DNA of 64,000 nucleotides, from assembly GCF_963921235.1 (NCBI RefSeq), contig NC_086108.1, positions 85,314,001 through 85,378,000 of the forward strand. Reading direction: 5' to 3'. Made by a program: the position numbers and the translations under genes. This document shows positions 12,191 to 25,104 of the stretch, in pieces. This stretch comes from Mobula hypostoma. Its lineage: Eukaryota. Within the stretch, counting starts at the first letter, position 1. The number at the start of each line of letters is the position of its first letter. The notes beneath the pieces were generated by a model, which worked only from the letters and a program-made list of their open reading frames with translations, had not been told where the DNA came from and ran no database searches.

Positions 12191-15127
12191 AAAACTTTAC
12201 CATGCCACAGCAACCTCTGCCCAGAAAACCAGAAAAGGCCCATCTATAGCATGTCCCTCATTTTCTTTTAAAAAAAGGTATCTGTCTTCCAAGTACTGTA
12301 AATATTGGCTCCATCATTTGAACACTTCCATGTCTGAAGCTTCACACATCAAACAATTTTATTATCTCTAGACCTGCTTCTTTTAAAGATATTCAAAATC
12401 TGAGCTAATACAAAACTCCCTTTTCTGTATTGCATTGTGTCTTGTTTATTATTTTCATGAAGTTCTATTTGGTGTTGGACCAGCTGGATATGTTTTAAAA
12501 GTGTCATCCTTCTCAAGTTCCTCTTTGGCCTCACCACACCAAAGCATGGTAACGTCTCTGAATACTACAATCTCCTTTTACACAATATGGATGCCAACAT
12601 TTAATACCTATCTCTAATCTGAGAACTGGTCATATGCTACTTTCTTGACCTGTTGTAGTCCGGTTTGTGAAGGTACTGCCAATATACAGTCAGGTAGAGA
12701 GCTTCAGGGTTGAGAGGAATAGTGACATATTTCCAAGAAAGTTTGGAATGTAACTTGGAGAAAAAAAATGAGGCTGGAAGTACTTCCATATATCTTCTTC
12801 CTTTAACATTTTTGGAGGTGGAGCATTTGTGAAATGCCGTCAAAATGAGTATTAGATAGAACTGTCATAATTCTGTAGAGATTACACACTAAAGTCAGAG
12901 AACAATGTTTGGTGATGGTGTCACCGTTCATAAAGGTGTATTGGACGCCAATCAAACTGGCTGCATTGCCCTGGACTGATATGAGTATCTTGAATATTAT
13001 CAGTGATGCACATAATCAAAATATAGTGGAAAAGCCTTTGAGGTTATGCACTGGAAATAGTAGTTTCATGTCTCTCAGGATTTTAGTGGGATTTAGAGTC
13101 CAAATATTGTAATAAGTGATAGATTACAATTATATGAAGCAGGCTGATGTACCTCATTGTTATTGTTTTAAACTGGTCTCCTTACATGGAGAAAAAAATT
13201 GTGTCAGCCAAAGTTTCGAGTGATGTAAAATGTTGTAATAAGTCTATTTCTAAAAGGAGAGAGGTTGCAAGTCTGTTGAATTGAAAGAGATTTTGAATAG
13301 ATGGAGTTAATTGAAAGACAAAATGGTCCTTTGACACAGAATCATATGGAGAAGAATTGCATGAATGGAGTGTGATTTATTTGCACTGAAGGAGATGCAT
13401 GATAAGAAAATGCTGTAAAGATGAGAAGAGGAGAAAGATTTAATTTTTAGCATGGAGGCACTCTGTGGAGAGGAGCAGAGCTGTGTGTGGGAAAGTTTCC
13501 TGAAGGTCACAGAAATGAGCTTGCATGGATTAATTTGCAATAGACGTAGCAGATGGAAATAGATAATATCTGAAATGTATAAATATCACAGTGTCCAATT
13601 GGGATATTTGAATTAAATCAATGTATGACTCCTGAAAAGTCAAATTCAACATTATTTAAAATCAGAATGTCACAACAGATTCTTTAAAGCACCATCTCAT
13701 TAAAGGGCTTTGCAGTTTTGGAATTATTGGTAAGAATTTATTAGAAATTCAGAACTAGCTGAGTTCTGTTATGTTGCTGTCATATGGTTTGACTGATTAC
13801 ATGAAAAATGGCTTAAACTCTGGAATATTGCCTTCAAGTGTATGAAAAACACCTATTTAACCAGTATAAAAATTCAGCCACCAGTTCAAAGAAAGGTGCA
13901 AGTCTCCTTCAATTTAAATGATAAGCACAATTTTTATCAATAAAATAATGATAAAAGAAGGAAGAGGGAGTAAATTTTTAAGAAGTGGCATTGATTCAGT
14001 GTCTATTTTCCTCATGACATTGTCGTTTTCTTTGATGCTGTTTGGATAATTCTCTTGAGGATTTCAGATGAGGTTGATTTATGTGAGGAACATTCTATTT
14101 TGTATGCGATTTTACAGTTTTTACATACATTCCATAGGCCTATCAGTAGGCCTTTTTAATCCTGTTTCACGAAGGAACTGGAAAAGTGCTGACCTTGTGG
14201 GATGCAATGATGCAGTTCTGAAAGGCCTTCTACAGACTCCAGAGAATAAACAGTTACGTGAAAACTGACAAATCATCTTGTCAACGCATTCATCCCAACT
14301 CAGTTGTAGTCTGCCATTTCCCTTAAGAACAGCAATCTTGAAATACATAAAACCTTTTGAGTAATGGTGTGCTTCTAGCTACTCAACTGCCTCAGTGCAG
14401 AGCAGAAAGGACACACTTAAACCATCCCATCTCCCAGGAGCTTCCACAGAAACTGATCGGATCAACTTCATGAGGTTACTTTAGGAATTGTGCAGCATTT
14501 CATAGGAAAAGGCAGAATTGTACATAATGATTATACTAAAAGTTTAGAATGGCAAAAAACTATCGTCTAAAAATACAACCCAAGTGATAAAACTGAAAGG
14601 AAAAGGAATACACCTGCAGCAAAATTTCAATCATTTGTTTCATTTCAAGATCAGATTGTGGCCGATAAATTAGTTATGAGCTCCCCGTTTTTCAGTTCCT
14701 AAATGGTCTGAAAAATGCACAATACAAGGCAAGCAGAAAATGCATATTTCCATCTCTTATTCCTCTCAGCTCTGAGTCTTTGTGGACTTCACCTTCTCTC
14801 CTCACCCGACCTCCTATCCGTCCACTTCTTGGAACACTCTATTCTCCCTGTCCTCTGGTTCTCTTGTGTCCGTTCCAATGAGGAGACTTTTCTCACAGAT
14901 GCCTCTGAGATGTCTTCCTTTTCCTCTGAACTGCAGCTTCACCCTACCATAATTAAGAGAACACTTGCCTGCGTATCATTTTCTTCCTTCATTTTTGTTC
15001 TCACCCCCTCGCCTCTCAGATAGAGAAAGTACACAGCTTTCTTGGTCCTCAATTTCTGCCCCTCCAGTCATCACACCCTTCACAGCACACCGGTTTACTC
15101 CCCCATCTTTTATTTTCATGGGACTTC

Positions 15128-15660
15128 AGAATCAAAATCTTAATCAGGTTGATTATCAGTAATAAAAGTTGTAAAAATTCTTGTTTTGCGGCAGTACTAG
15201 ACAAATTAATATAAGCTGCAAAAAAAGTGCAAAATAGGAATAATGAGGTAGTGATCATGTATGATAGTAAAGGGAAATAAGCTATTCTGAAAAAAGTGAG
15301 TATGGGTCTTCAGGCTCCTGTACCTCCTCCTTGATTGTAGTAATGAGAAGAGGACACAATTTGGACGATGAGGCTCCTTATTGATGGATGCCATCTTTTT
15401 GAGGCACCACCTATTGAAGATGTCCTTGATGGTAGGGGTCGTTGTGCTTATGGTGGAAATGGCTGAATCTACAACCCTCTGTATCCTCTTATGATCCTGC
15501 ACGTTGTATCCTCCATACCAGTGGGCAATGAAATCAGTCAGAATGCTCCCACCATGAAATTTTCAAGTCCTCAAAGTCCTAACAAAGTAGAGCCACTGGT
15601 TTGCCTTCTCAATGTGTTGGGCCTAGAACGGATCCTCTGAGATGTTGATGCCCAGGAAAT
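15128..15660 (-). mobile_element. Rex1-type LINE 3' fragment
   Basis: ORF 15206-15502 (QRVVDSA..CLKKMASINKEPHRP..LFSLLQSRRRYRSLKTHT..FQNSLFP) is the Rex1 C-terminal motif; gattctga tail. Confidence 0.8.
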
Positions 15661-15777
15661 GCAACACCCAGTCATTTTACCTCCTTCCTTTCCACTGTCC
15701 AGCAACTCAAGCAATGCTTCCAGGTGAAGGAGCAAGTTACTTGATTTTCTTTTAATCCAGAGTCTCATGTTTGGTGC

Positions 15778-15980
15778 AACACACACAAAATGTTGCAGGA
15801 ACTCAGCAGCTCAGGCAGCAACTCTGGAGAGAGATAAATAGTCACCATTTCCGGCTGAGACACTTCATCAGGACTCATGTGACAGTTTATTCCACTCCAT
15901 AGATGCTGCCTGATCTGATGAGTTCCTCCAGTATTTTTGTGTGTGCTACTCTGGATTTTCAGCATCTGCAGAATCTCTTT
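15778..15980. mobile_element. Mini fold-back Penelope derivative with hammerhead (15840-15876, minus)
   Basis: Inverted arms cacacacaaaatgttgcaggaactcagcag / ctgatgagttcctccagtatttttgtgtgtg; core gagtc-CTGATGA-agtgtctcagccg-GAAA on the minus strand. Confidence 0.75.
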
Positions 15981-17015
15981 TGTCTGATATTTAGTATTCA
16001 CACCGGGGTCTCCTTTACTTCAGAGAAGCCAAATGCTGATTGGCTGATCTCATTGTTGGCCTCCTATGTTCAGTCCACAAGGCTGTCCCAAACCTACTGG
16101 TATCCGCCACTTATGTTCTCCAAACCCATCCCACTCTAAGCTACCTTTCTATTGGCTCCTGCTCTATGATAATGATACCCAAAGTCAGCTTCAGGGTCAG
16201 TATCTCGTCTTACATCTGGGCATGTTAAAGCCTGAATCACAGTATTGAATTTAACAGCTTCAACTAACTCACAATGTTTGTTAACGGTCAGTTTGACAGT
16301 AAAGCATTCACCTGTAACATTGCCTCAGTTTTTTTGGTCTCCACTATATAGCCTGACTTGCTGAGCAGGTCTGAAAGCTCTTCATTAGTGTATTCTATTG
16401 TTTGTGTTTTTTCTCACCCACTGCCCTCATTTGCTTCTAATTTTTTTGGATTATTTGTCACCAACTACGCTCATTAATCATCAACCAGACTCCTTCATCA
16501 GCAATTTATCCCACAGATGTCTTGACCTTGTGCTATCAGAAATATTTCCTTTGTTCTATCCAACCACCACCCATATCCTTCCCCCAACACCCGCAAGTTA
16601 AAACTAACTTCATCATTCTGACAAAGTGTCTTTGAACTGCAAGATTAACAGAATATTTGTTCACCGATGCAGCCTGACCAATTGATTACCTTTACCATTT
16701 TTGTTTTTATTTCACATTTCTTGCTTGTGAAGTTTTTAAATTTTAATTTGATGCCATGCTTTCTATATTCCAGCAATATCTATCCTTCAAAACCATTCAT
16801 TGGTTGAAAAATGATTTGGAAAAAGCTGAATTCATAGAAGGTTAACACCAGTTTCTCTAGTCAACTGATGCTATAGGCAGTTGGAACCTGGTTGTACATT
16901 GCAGGAATACATGCTGTGACATATACAATGAGATGCAGATAGTGGTTGCAGTACTGCTGATTATATTGATTTACTGTCAATTCTATTAACAATTTTTCTA
17001 TGTATCTTGTATCTA

Positions 17016-17546
17016 CACTTAGTGACCAGTTTATTAGATACAGAAGTGGAACCCAGTGTGGTCTTCTGCTGCTCTAGCCCATCCACTTCAAAGTTTGATG
17101 TTCAGAGATGCTCTTCCATATACCGCTGTTGTAAGGCATGGCTATTTGAGTTACTGTCACCTTCCTGTCAGCCTGAACCAGTCGGCCCATTCTCGTCTGA
17201 TCTCTCTCATTAACAAGGTGTTTTCACCTACGGAACTTCTGTTAACTGGATGTCTTTTGTTTTTTGCACCATTCTCTGTAAACTAGAGAGTATTGCACAT
17301 GAAAATCACAGGAAATCAGCAGTTTCTGAATACCCAAACCACACCATCTGGCACCAATTACGATTCCAGAGTCGAAGTCACTAGATCACACTTCCCCATT
17401 CTGATGTTTGGTCTGAGCAACAACTGTACTGCTTGATGATGCCAGCATGCTTTTATGCATTGAGTTGCTGCCAAATGATTGGCTGACTAGATATTTGCAT
17501 TGACAATCAGATGTACAAATGTACATAATAAAGTGGCCACTGAGTG
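17016..17546. mobile_element. Tc1/mariner-type MITE
   Basis: TA-flanked TIRs cacttagtgaccagtttattagataca / tgtacataataaagtggccactgagtg; another TIR fragment near 18012-18033. Confidence 0.85.
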
Positions 17547-18377
17547 TATGTTTATCAGAATGTCTATAGAAGTACTTGTTTAACACAGTAGAATCAATGA
17601 TAGAGAAATTTTAATGTTAATGGTAGGCAGGTTTCAAATAACTGAAATATCTGAAGTGCAGGATTAATCCACCATTGGAAAGGCAGGGAATAATCAGTGA
17701 TTGTCAACATGATTTAATTAGGGAAGATCCTGTCTGACCACTCTAATTGGTCAGAGTTGGTCAAGCAATAGAGTTTCCTGATGAAAGTAGTGCAATTGAA
17801 TATAGTTTAGATGGACTTTAGAAATATTTTTGATAAGTCCTACTTGGGAGACTGGTTCAAAGGTTTTACATCCATAGGATTCAAGACAAGTTGGCAAATT
17901 GAATCCAATATTGATTTGATAGGAAGAGCCGAGTTTTGTCTTAATGATTGAAAGTCCATGACCATGGGTGAATCAGTGATAATTGCTGGGTCCCTTGTTG
18001 TCTGTTCTACACTACACTCTGTGGCCACTTCATTCAAAGTTCAACGTAAATTTTGTTATCAAACTATATATATATATATATATGTCACCATGTACTCTGA
18101 GATTCGTTCTTGTGGGCCATCACAGTATCTACAAGAAACACAATTAATGGAAGACCATCCCCAAAAGGATAGACAACAACTAATGTGCAAAAACTCAACA
18201 AACTGAGCACATACAAAAAGAAAGAGAAATAAAGCAAATGATAATAATAAATAAATAAGCTATAACTATTGAGAACATGAGATGACAAGTCCTTGAAAGT
18301 CAGTCCATAGGTTGTGAGAACAATTCAGTGATGGGGCAAGTGAAGTTGAGTGAAGTTATCACCTCTGGCTCAGCGTG

Positions 18378-19425
18378 ATCCAGAATTGGCTTGCCCACAG
18401 AAGGTAAAGAGTGGTTGTAGACGGGTCATGTTCTGCATGGAAGTCGGTGACCAGTGGTGTGCTTCAGGGATCTGTTCTGAGACCCCTTCTCTTCTTGATG
18501 TTTATGAATGACCTGGATGAGGAAGTGGAGGTATGGGTTAGTAAATTTGCTGATGACACAAAGGTTGGGGGTGTTTTGAGTAGTGTGGAGGTCAGAGGTC
18601 ACAGCGGGACATCGATAGGATGCAAAACTGGGCTGAGAAGTGGCAGATGGAGTTCAGCCCAGATAAGTGTGAGGTGGTTCATTTTGGTAGGTCAAATATA
18701 ATGGCAGAATATAGTATTAATGGTAAGACTCTTGGCAGTGTGGAAGATTAAAGGGATCTTGGGGTCTGAGTCCATAGGACACTCAAAGCTGCTGCACAGG
18801 TTGAGTCTGTGGTTAAGAAGGCATACGGTGCATTGGCCTTCATCAACCGTAGGATTGAGTTTAAGATCCAAAAGATAATGTTACAGCTATATGGGACCCT
18901 GGTCAGACCCTACTCTGCTCAGTTCTGGTCACCTCACTACAGGAAGGATGTGGAAACTATAGAAAGGGTGTAGAGGAGATTTACAAGGATGTTGCCTTGA
19001 TTGGGGAGCATGCCTTATGAGAATAGGTTGAGTGAACTCAGCCTTTTCTCCTTGGAATGACAGATGATGAGAAATGACCTGATAGAAGTGTATAAGATGA
19101 TGAGAGGCATTGAATGTGTAGATAGTCAGAGGCTTTTTCCCAGGGCTGAACTGGGTAACACGAGAGGTGCTTGGAAGCAGGTACAGACGAGAGGTCAGGG
19201 GTAAGTTTTTTATGCAGAGAGTGGTGAGTGCATGGAATAGGCTGCCGGCGATAGTGGTGGAAGCAGATATGATAGGGACTTTTAAGAGACTCTTAGACAG
19301 GTACATGGAGCTTAGAAAAATAGTGTGCTATGGGTAACCCTAGGTAATTCTAAAGTAAGTACATGTTCGGCACAGCATTGTGGGCTGAAGGGCCTGTATT
19401 GTGCTGTTGGTTTTCTGTGTTCTAT
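18378..19425 (+). mobile_element. 5'-truncated CR1 LINE (RT C-terminal half) inserted in a minus-strand Rex1 3' end (about 18033-19540)
   Basis: ORF 18411-18701: WKSVTSGVLQGSVLRPLLF..NDLDEEVE..VSKFADDTKVGG; tail ttctgtgttctatg. Confidence 0.9.
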
Positions 19426-19582
19426 GGCTGAGGGGTAATAACTCTACTTGAACCTGGTGGTGTGAGTCTTCAGGCTCGTATACCTTCTTCCTGATGGCAG
19501 CGGTGAGAAGAGAGCATGACCTGGGTGGTAGGGGTCCCTACTTTCGTCTGACAATGCTTCATGAAGATGCTCTAGTGGTGGA

Positions 19583-19900
19583 TTATCTTAGTTTAATAGT
19601 GTTGTGACCCTTTAGTGGTACAGGGGTTGTATCCTGATGGTAATTGAACAGTGATTTCTTTAAACAAGCCTGGCTGAAATCTCCAACTATGATTTGAACT
19701 TCGTCGGGATGGACTGTTTCTTGTTTGGTGATGGCATCACACAGTATCTCAAGCGTTTGATTATAGTCAATCACTGGTGGTATGTAAACTCCAGTGAGGA
19801 CCACAGATGAGAACTCCCTAAATAAATAGAATGGATGGCATTTGATCATTAGGTGTTCAAGGTGGGGGCACACGATAATGTTTGAGGGAAAATAACTTTG
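19583..19900 (-). pseudogene. Rex1-type APE endonuclease remnant
   Basis: LEHLMIKCHPFYLFREFSSVVLTGVYIPP..IIVGDFSQACLK in ORF 19583-19966. Confidence 0.75.
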
Positions 19901-21300
19901 CAAGAGAGAATGAGAAGAGGTTGAATTTATGATGATCTGAGAACTTTGTTCATTATCCAACAACAACTTTAGAATGCAATCAAAAGTGGGTCACATGATG
20001 TATGATTGATTTATTGCTAATACGCTAATACATGAGTGTTTTTAAATTTAATGTATGCTAACTGTTGCACTTCAAGTTACCATGCAGCTCAGAACCAATT
20101 GAGGCACAGTTTATTAGTCTGAGGTACAATAATTCAAATATATATCATGTCAGGGCACAAAAGAGACTATAGATAATGGAAACAATAACAATAAAAAACG
20201 AACTTCTGGAGGATCTCATTGGGCCAAGTTGAAATTGCGGAGGAAATGGGATGGTCAATGTAGCAGGACTTCTAAATGTACTGTCTAATTTTCAAAAAGC
20301 AAGACCCCACAATCAGCAAGAAAAATGACCAGATAACCTGCTTAAGGGCACTGCAAGTGGTCCTTGCCATAAGGTCTTCGACACTAAACAAAGTTGGCTT
20401 AACAATAGGGTCAAAGGGAAGGGATAGTCAAGGGTTAATTTTGTCATTAGAAGCCTGTGACCAGTAACGTACGTACCTGGAGCCAAACTTTTAGTTATGT
20501 ACATTGATGATTTGGATGAGAGTGGAGGAGGAGCGCAGAGGATGAAGATCAAACTTTGGATTAACATCTCATTTTAAAGACAAATCAGCATACTCTGATC
20601 TGCAGAACATTCCTGTAGATTGTGCACTCATAACCTAGAGCAACAGTTAGATTCACTTTATCCTGCTTCAGGGAAACATCATGAGTGACAATGTCAAATT
20701 GATAAAATAAACAAAATAACTAAAACCACTGACATCAAACTTGACAAGGGGCCCAGAAGGAACGGAGGAGTGTAATATCTTCGGAAAAAACTCAAGAAGT
20801 TTTTCTTCTGAGAGACAGATTCTGCCTAATTTAGTGACATCTTAACATTTTCTTCTGTTTCCTATGGAACACTGGGCAAAGTGACATGACAGGTCACGGA
20901 ACAGGTCATGATAGGGTCTTCAGCCCAAGATGTTGTACCGAGCCTTTAACCTATTCCAAGATGAATCTAACCCTTCTGTTTTACATGGCCCTCCATTTTT
21001 CCTTTATCCATGTGTGTAAGAGTCTTTTAAATGTCCCTAATGTATCTGCCTCTACCAACAAACCTCGCATGTATTTCACACTCCATGTGTAAAGGATCTA
21101 CCTCTAACAACCCCCTATATTGTACTCTGCCTTCCAGTTATGCCTTCGTTTTATTAGCCATTTCTACACTGGGACAATGTCTCTGGCTGTCCCCTCTATC
21201 TAGGCCTTTTATCATTTTGTACATCTCTTTCAAGTCACTTCGTCACCCTCCTTCCCTTCAAAGGGGAAAAGTTCCAGCTTGCTTAGCCTGCTCTCTAATC

Positions 21301-22622
21301 ACAAGATCACAAGACAAAGGAGCAGAAGTAGGCCATTCCGCCCATCGAGTCTGCTCTGCAGCTCCCCCATGAGCTAAACTATTCACCCATCTAGTTCCAA
21401 TTTCCGGCTTTTTCCCCATTTCCTTTGATACCCTGACTAATTAGATACCTGTCAATCTCCTCCTTAAACATCTTCAATGATCGGGCCTCCACAGCCATAT
21501 GTGGCAATGAATTCCACAAATCCACGACCCTCTGGCTAAAAAATTTCTCCTCATCTCTGTTTTAACTGGGTACCCTCTAATTCTAAGTCTATGGCCTCTT
21601 GTCCTGGACTTCCTTTCATAATTCATCTTTTCTTTCCTAATGACTTTCTTAGTTTCTTTCTGTAAGTTTTTAAAGGTCTTCCAGTCCTCATTTTTCCCAC
21701 TAATTTTTGCTTCCTTGTACGCCGTTTCTTTTGCTTTTATTTTTGCCTTAACCTCTCTTGTTAGCCATATTTGTGCCATTTTTCCATTCATGATTTTCTT
21801 TTTTCTTGGAATATATTTTTCCTGCATTTTCCTTATTTCTTGTAGGAATTTCATCCAATTCTGATCTGCCGTCCCTCCACTTGGCTTACTTTTCCAATTG
21901 ACTTGGGCCAGTTCCTCTCTCATACCACTGTAATTTCCCCTGTTCCACTGAAATATCGATACACCTGATACCAGCTTCTCCTTTTCAAATTTGAAACTGA
22001 ACTCAATCATATTATGATCACTACTTCCAAGGGGTTCCTTTACCTCCAGCTCCCTAATCGCCTCAGGTTTGTTACACAGCACCCAATCCAAAACAGCCGG
22101 TCCCCTGGTGGGCTTCTGGACAAGTTGCTCCAAAAAGCCATCCTGTAGGCATTCTACAGACTCCCTCTCCTGAGATCCATTACCTTCCTGACTTTCCCAA
22201 TCCACTTTCATATTAAAATCCCCCGTAATTATCTTGACATTGTCCTTCTGACACGCTTTTTCTATTTCCAGCTGCAACTTGTAGTCCACATCCCGACTGC
22301 TGTTTGGAGGCCTGTATATAATTGCTATCAGTGTCTTTTTATCCTTGCCATTTCTTAATTCTACCCATAAGGATTCTACCTCTTCTGATCCTATATCCCT
22401 TCTTTCTATTGATTTGATATCGTTACTTACCATCAGGGCCACGCCACCCCCTTTACCTACCTTCCTATCCTTCCTGTACACTGTGTCTCCTGGGATATTC
22501 AGCTCCCAATCACATCCATCATTTAGCCATGACTCGGTGATGACCACAATGTCATACCTTTTAACCTGCAGCTGTGCAGCAAGGTCATCCACTTTATTTC
22601 TAATGCTGCGTGCATTTAAGTA
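21301..22622 (-). mobile_element. Internally deleted CR1 LINE: APE endonuclease fused directly to the 3' end, RT absent
   Basis: APE region joins the terminal SRTRGH.LRIRG motif at about 21610; CR1 3' UTR with a tcttgtgatcttgtga tail. Confidence 0.85.
21474..22592 (-). CDS. CR1-derived APE endonuclease ORF, 372 aa, open but with no in-frame ATG at the domain start
   Basis: Upstream YLNARS, then ITESWL, GGGVAL, IYRPPN, GDFN, LDWV and SDH motifs are all present without stops. Confidence 0.6.
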   Translation of the reverse strand: MDDLAAQLQVKRYDIVVITESWLNDGCDWELNIPGDTVYRKDRKVGKGGGVALMVSNDIKSIERRDIGSEEVESLWVELRNGKDKKTLIAIIYRPPNSSRDVDYKLQLEIEKACQKDNVKIITGDFNMKVDWESQEGNGSQERESVECLQDGFLEQLVQKPTRGPAVLDWVLCNKPEAIRELEVKEPLGSSDHNMIEFSFKFEKEKLVSGVSIFQWNRGNYSGMREELAQVNWKSKPSGGTADQNWMKFLQEIRKMQEKYIPRKKKIMNGKMAQIWLTREVKAKIKAKETAYKEAKISGKNEDWKTFKNLQKETKKVIRKEKMNYERKSRTRGHRLRIRGYPVKTEMRRNFLARGSWICGIHCHIWLWRPDH

Positions 22623-23224
22623 CAGGCAGCATCCTGGTAAATGCAGGCAGCATCCTGGTAAATTTCTTCTGCACCCTTTCTAAAGCTTCTATGTCCTTCC
22701 TGTAATGAGGTAGCCAGGACTGGATATTAAACTCCATAAGACCCAACCAGAGGTTTGAACATAGTACTCCAAGAGTGGTCTAAGCCAAATATCTGGCATC
22801 AAAACCAGTGACAGGAGGCCATGGGTGAGGAGCCTTGAGGGTTAATTCTTTGGATGGTGGCGTGGCGTCAGGACCAGGGCTTTGGAGTGTGAATTTGTTG
22901 ATCATTAAAGCAGGATGAAGGTTGGAGCTTAGAACAATTGTGGGGTCGTGGATTACCATGAGTGCTGGCAAAATGTTACCTTTAAAGCAGACTCCCGATT
23001 GCAATTTGGGAGCTTGAGTTAAATGCCAATAAATTAATCTGCCTTTTGTGAGTGGGTTCAAGCAGGATTGAGTTGTAGAGTCATATCGCACAGAAAGGGG
23101 CCCTTCAGCCCATCATCTCTATGCTTTACTTTTTGCCATTGACAATAATTCTATCTGATTTTAAAACTGCTGCTGTAAAGATAGCAGTTGGCATGCATTC
23201 AGTATGTCGAGGACATGCCCTGCA

Positions 23225-23485
23225 ATGTACTACTATCAGGGAGGAGGTACAGGAGCCTGAAGATGCACACTTAATGTTTTAGGAACAACTTCTTCCCCTC
23301 CACCATCTGATTTCTGAACAATCCATGAACCCATGAACTCAACCCTATTATTTTGGTCTCTTTTTCTGTCACTTGTTTACCTATTTTAATATCTCTTCTT
23401 GTAACTGTATTGCCCTATACTGCTTCCGCAAAACAACAAATTTCATGACTATACGATAGACAGTGATTATATGTAAACTGATTGT
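23225..23485 (+). mobile_element. Rex1-type 3' fragment
   Basis: atcagggaggaggtacaggagcctgaag..ttcttcccctc..aaacaacaaatttcatgac, as in the tail of 2668-4087. Confidence 0.7.
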
Positions 23486-23604
23486 AAAGTTTTTTATCAG
23501 CCCTTTTTCAAGCCGCCTTTTGAAACCATTTCCCTATTTTATTGTAATCATGATATAGGTGGAGGAGGTCAGAAGAGGAAGGCAGGCCCCTGCTAATACC
23601 AGGA

Positions 23605-24130
23605 GCTCAGCAGGTCAGGCAGCCTCTATCGAAATGAATAAACAGTTGCCATTTCCGGCCAAGACCATTCAGCAGCACTGGAAGGGAAGAGGGAAGATGC
23701 CGGAATAAGCAGGTTGCGAGAGGTAAGAAGGACAAGATAGAAGGTGATAAGTGAAGCCTGGTGGGTGGGGGAGGGGGATGATGTAAGAAGCTGGGAGGTG
23801 ATAGGTGGAAATGGCAATGGGTTGGAGAAGTTGGAATTTGATAGGAGAGAAGTGTGGACCATGGGAGAAAGGGAAAGAGGAGGGGCACCAGCGTGAGGTG
23901 ATAGGTAGGTGAGCTGAAGAAGTAAAATGGGAAATGAAGAAGATGGAACGGGGAGGGGGAAAATAACAGAAGCTGGGAAAATTGATGTTCACATTATCAT
24001 GTTGGAAGCTACTTAGATGGAATATGAGGTGTTGTCACTCCGACCTGAGAGTGGCCTTATTGTGACAGAAGAGGAGGCCATGGACTGGCATGTCAGAATG
24101 GGAATTGTGATGGGTGTTATAAAGTAAAAG
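23605..24130 (-). mobile_element. Penelope pseudo-LTR derivative
   Basis: Same architecture as 4217-4720; degenerate hammerhead at 23643-23680. Confidence 0.8.
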
Positions 24131-25104
24131 ATTGCTTTTTTTTTTAGCAAATGGATAACTGCAAATGGGCAATTGATCCTCGGATGTGATCCCCTGCAGG
24201 TTAACAAAATGAAGAAGAAAGCATTCCTATGGGGTACCCTGCTACAACTATAGAAAACAGTGCAATCCCCAATCCCACCTCCAACTGCAAGAGTGAATCG
24301 GTTATTAACTGACCTGTTGAAATAATTTAAACAAAGATTACTGCCTTGTAATGATCATAAAACATTGACTATCAAGTTCCCTGCACGCCTGCATCTTTAT
24401 TGGTCTAATCAGCCATTCAATTACAAATTCACACGGACTTTGAGATACCGTATCCTTTCCTTCGTTTCTCAATTCAAGATATTCTAAAGTCAACCAAGCA
24501 TGGCTGAGCATGCATTATACGCTGAGCCTGTTCCAGGAGCCAATAAAAAATATCACCATGACAAAGTTTTAATAACATTTTTCTGTTTTCTTGCTACCTT
24601 CCTCTTTTGTCTCTGTAATAAGCACACGCCCACAATGGAGAAATCAGTGTGATGATTGACAGCCCAGGGCTGCCCAGGTATCCAATGAGATAATTTTTCT
24701 TCTAAATTATCTCCAGGCCCTGTCTGTTGGCTCTTGATTCCAAAAGTATGCTTTATTCAGAAAAAAATGCAAATATAATGTTTAGCCGTGTTTCTATTCT
24801 AAGTACAAGAAATATTGTTCCTGAGAAGATTTGCATTTTATCAGCATGAGCGCCACTTTCTTTTACATATATTTCATGAGCAATACATCTCAGAGCTATT
24901 AAAAAGGTTCCAAACTCTCTTGTACAGTGCTTGGATCGCTCATGACTACTGCCCCATTACACAGATAAAAGGTGCTTAATTGCTCTTTAATTGCCATATT
25001 ATTTCACCCCATCAGAGAAATTCCTTTTGTTTCTCTCATTATCATACCCCTTCCTCATGTTCTCTTTTTATCCTAAACGACTTGTTTCTCAAATAAAAGA
25101 GGTT

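Larger units (their letters stand above)
14750..16700 (+). mobile_element. Old Penelope-like element (RT C-terminus, GIY-YIG, pLTR) split by younger insertions
   Basis: CVRSNEETFLTDASEMSSFS matches ICSQDEAFHSRTREMSSFF of the 26155-28207 copy. GIY-YIG remnants at 15660-16260. Interrupted by Rex1 at 15128-15660 and a pLTR at 15778-15980. Confidence 0.65.
20885..22750 (-). mobile_element. Older CR1 3' fragment hosting the 21301-22622 insertion
   Basis: CR1 tail at 20885-21300 continues at 22623-22750 (ctctctaatc | caggcagcatcctggtaaat..tgcaccctttc). Confidence 0.7.
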
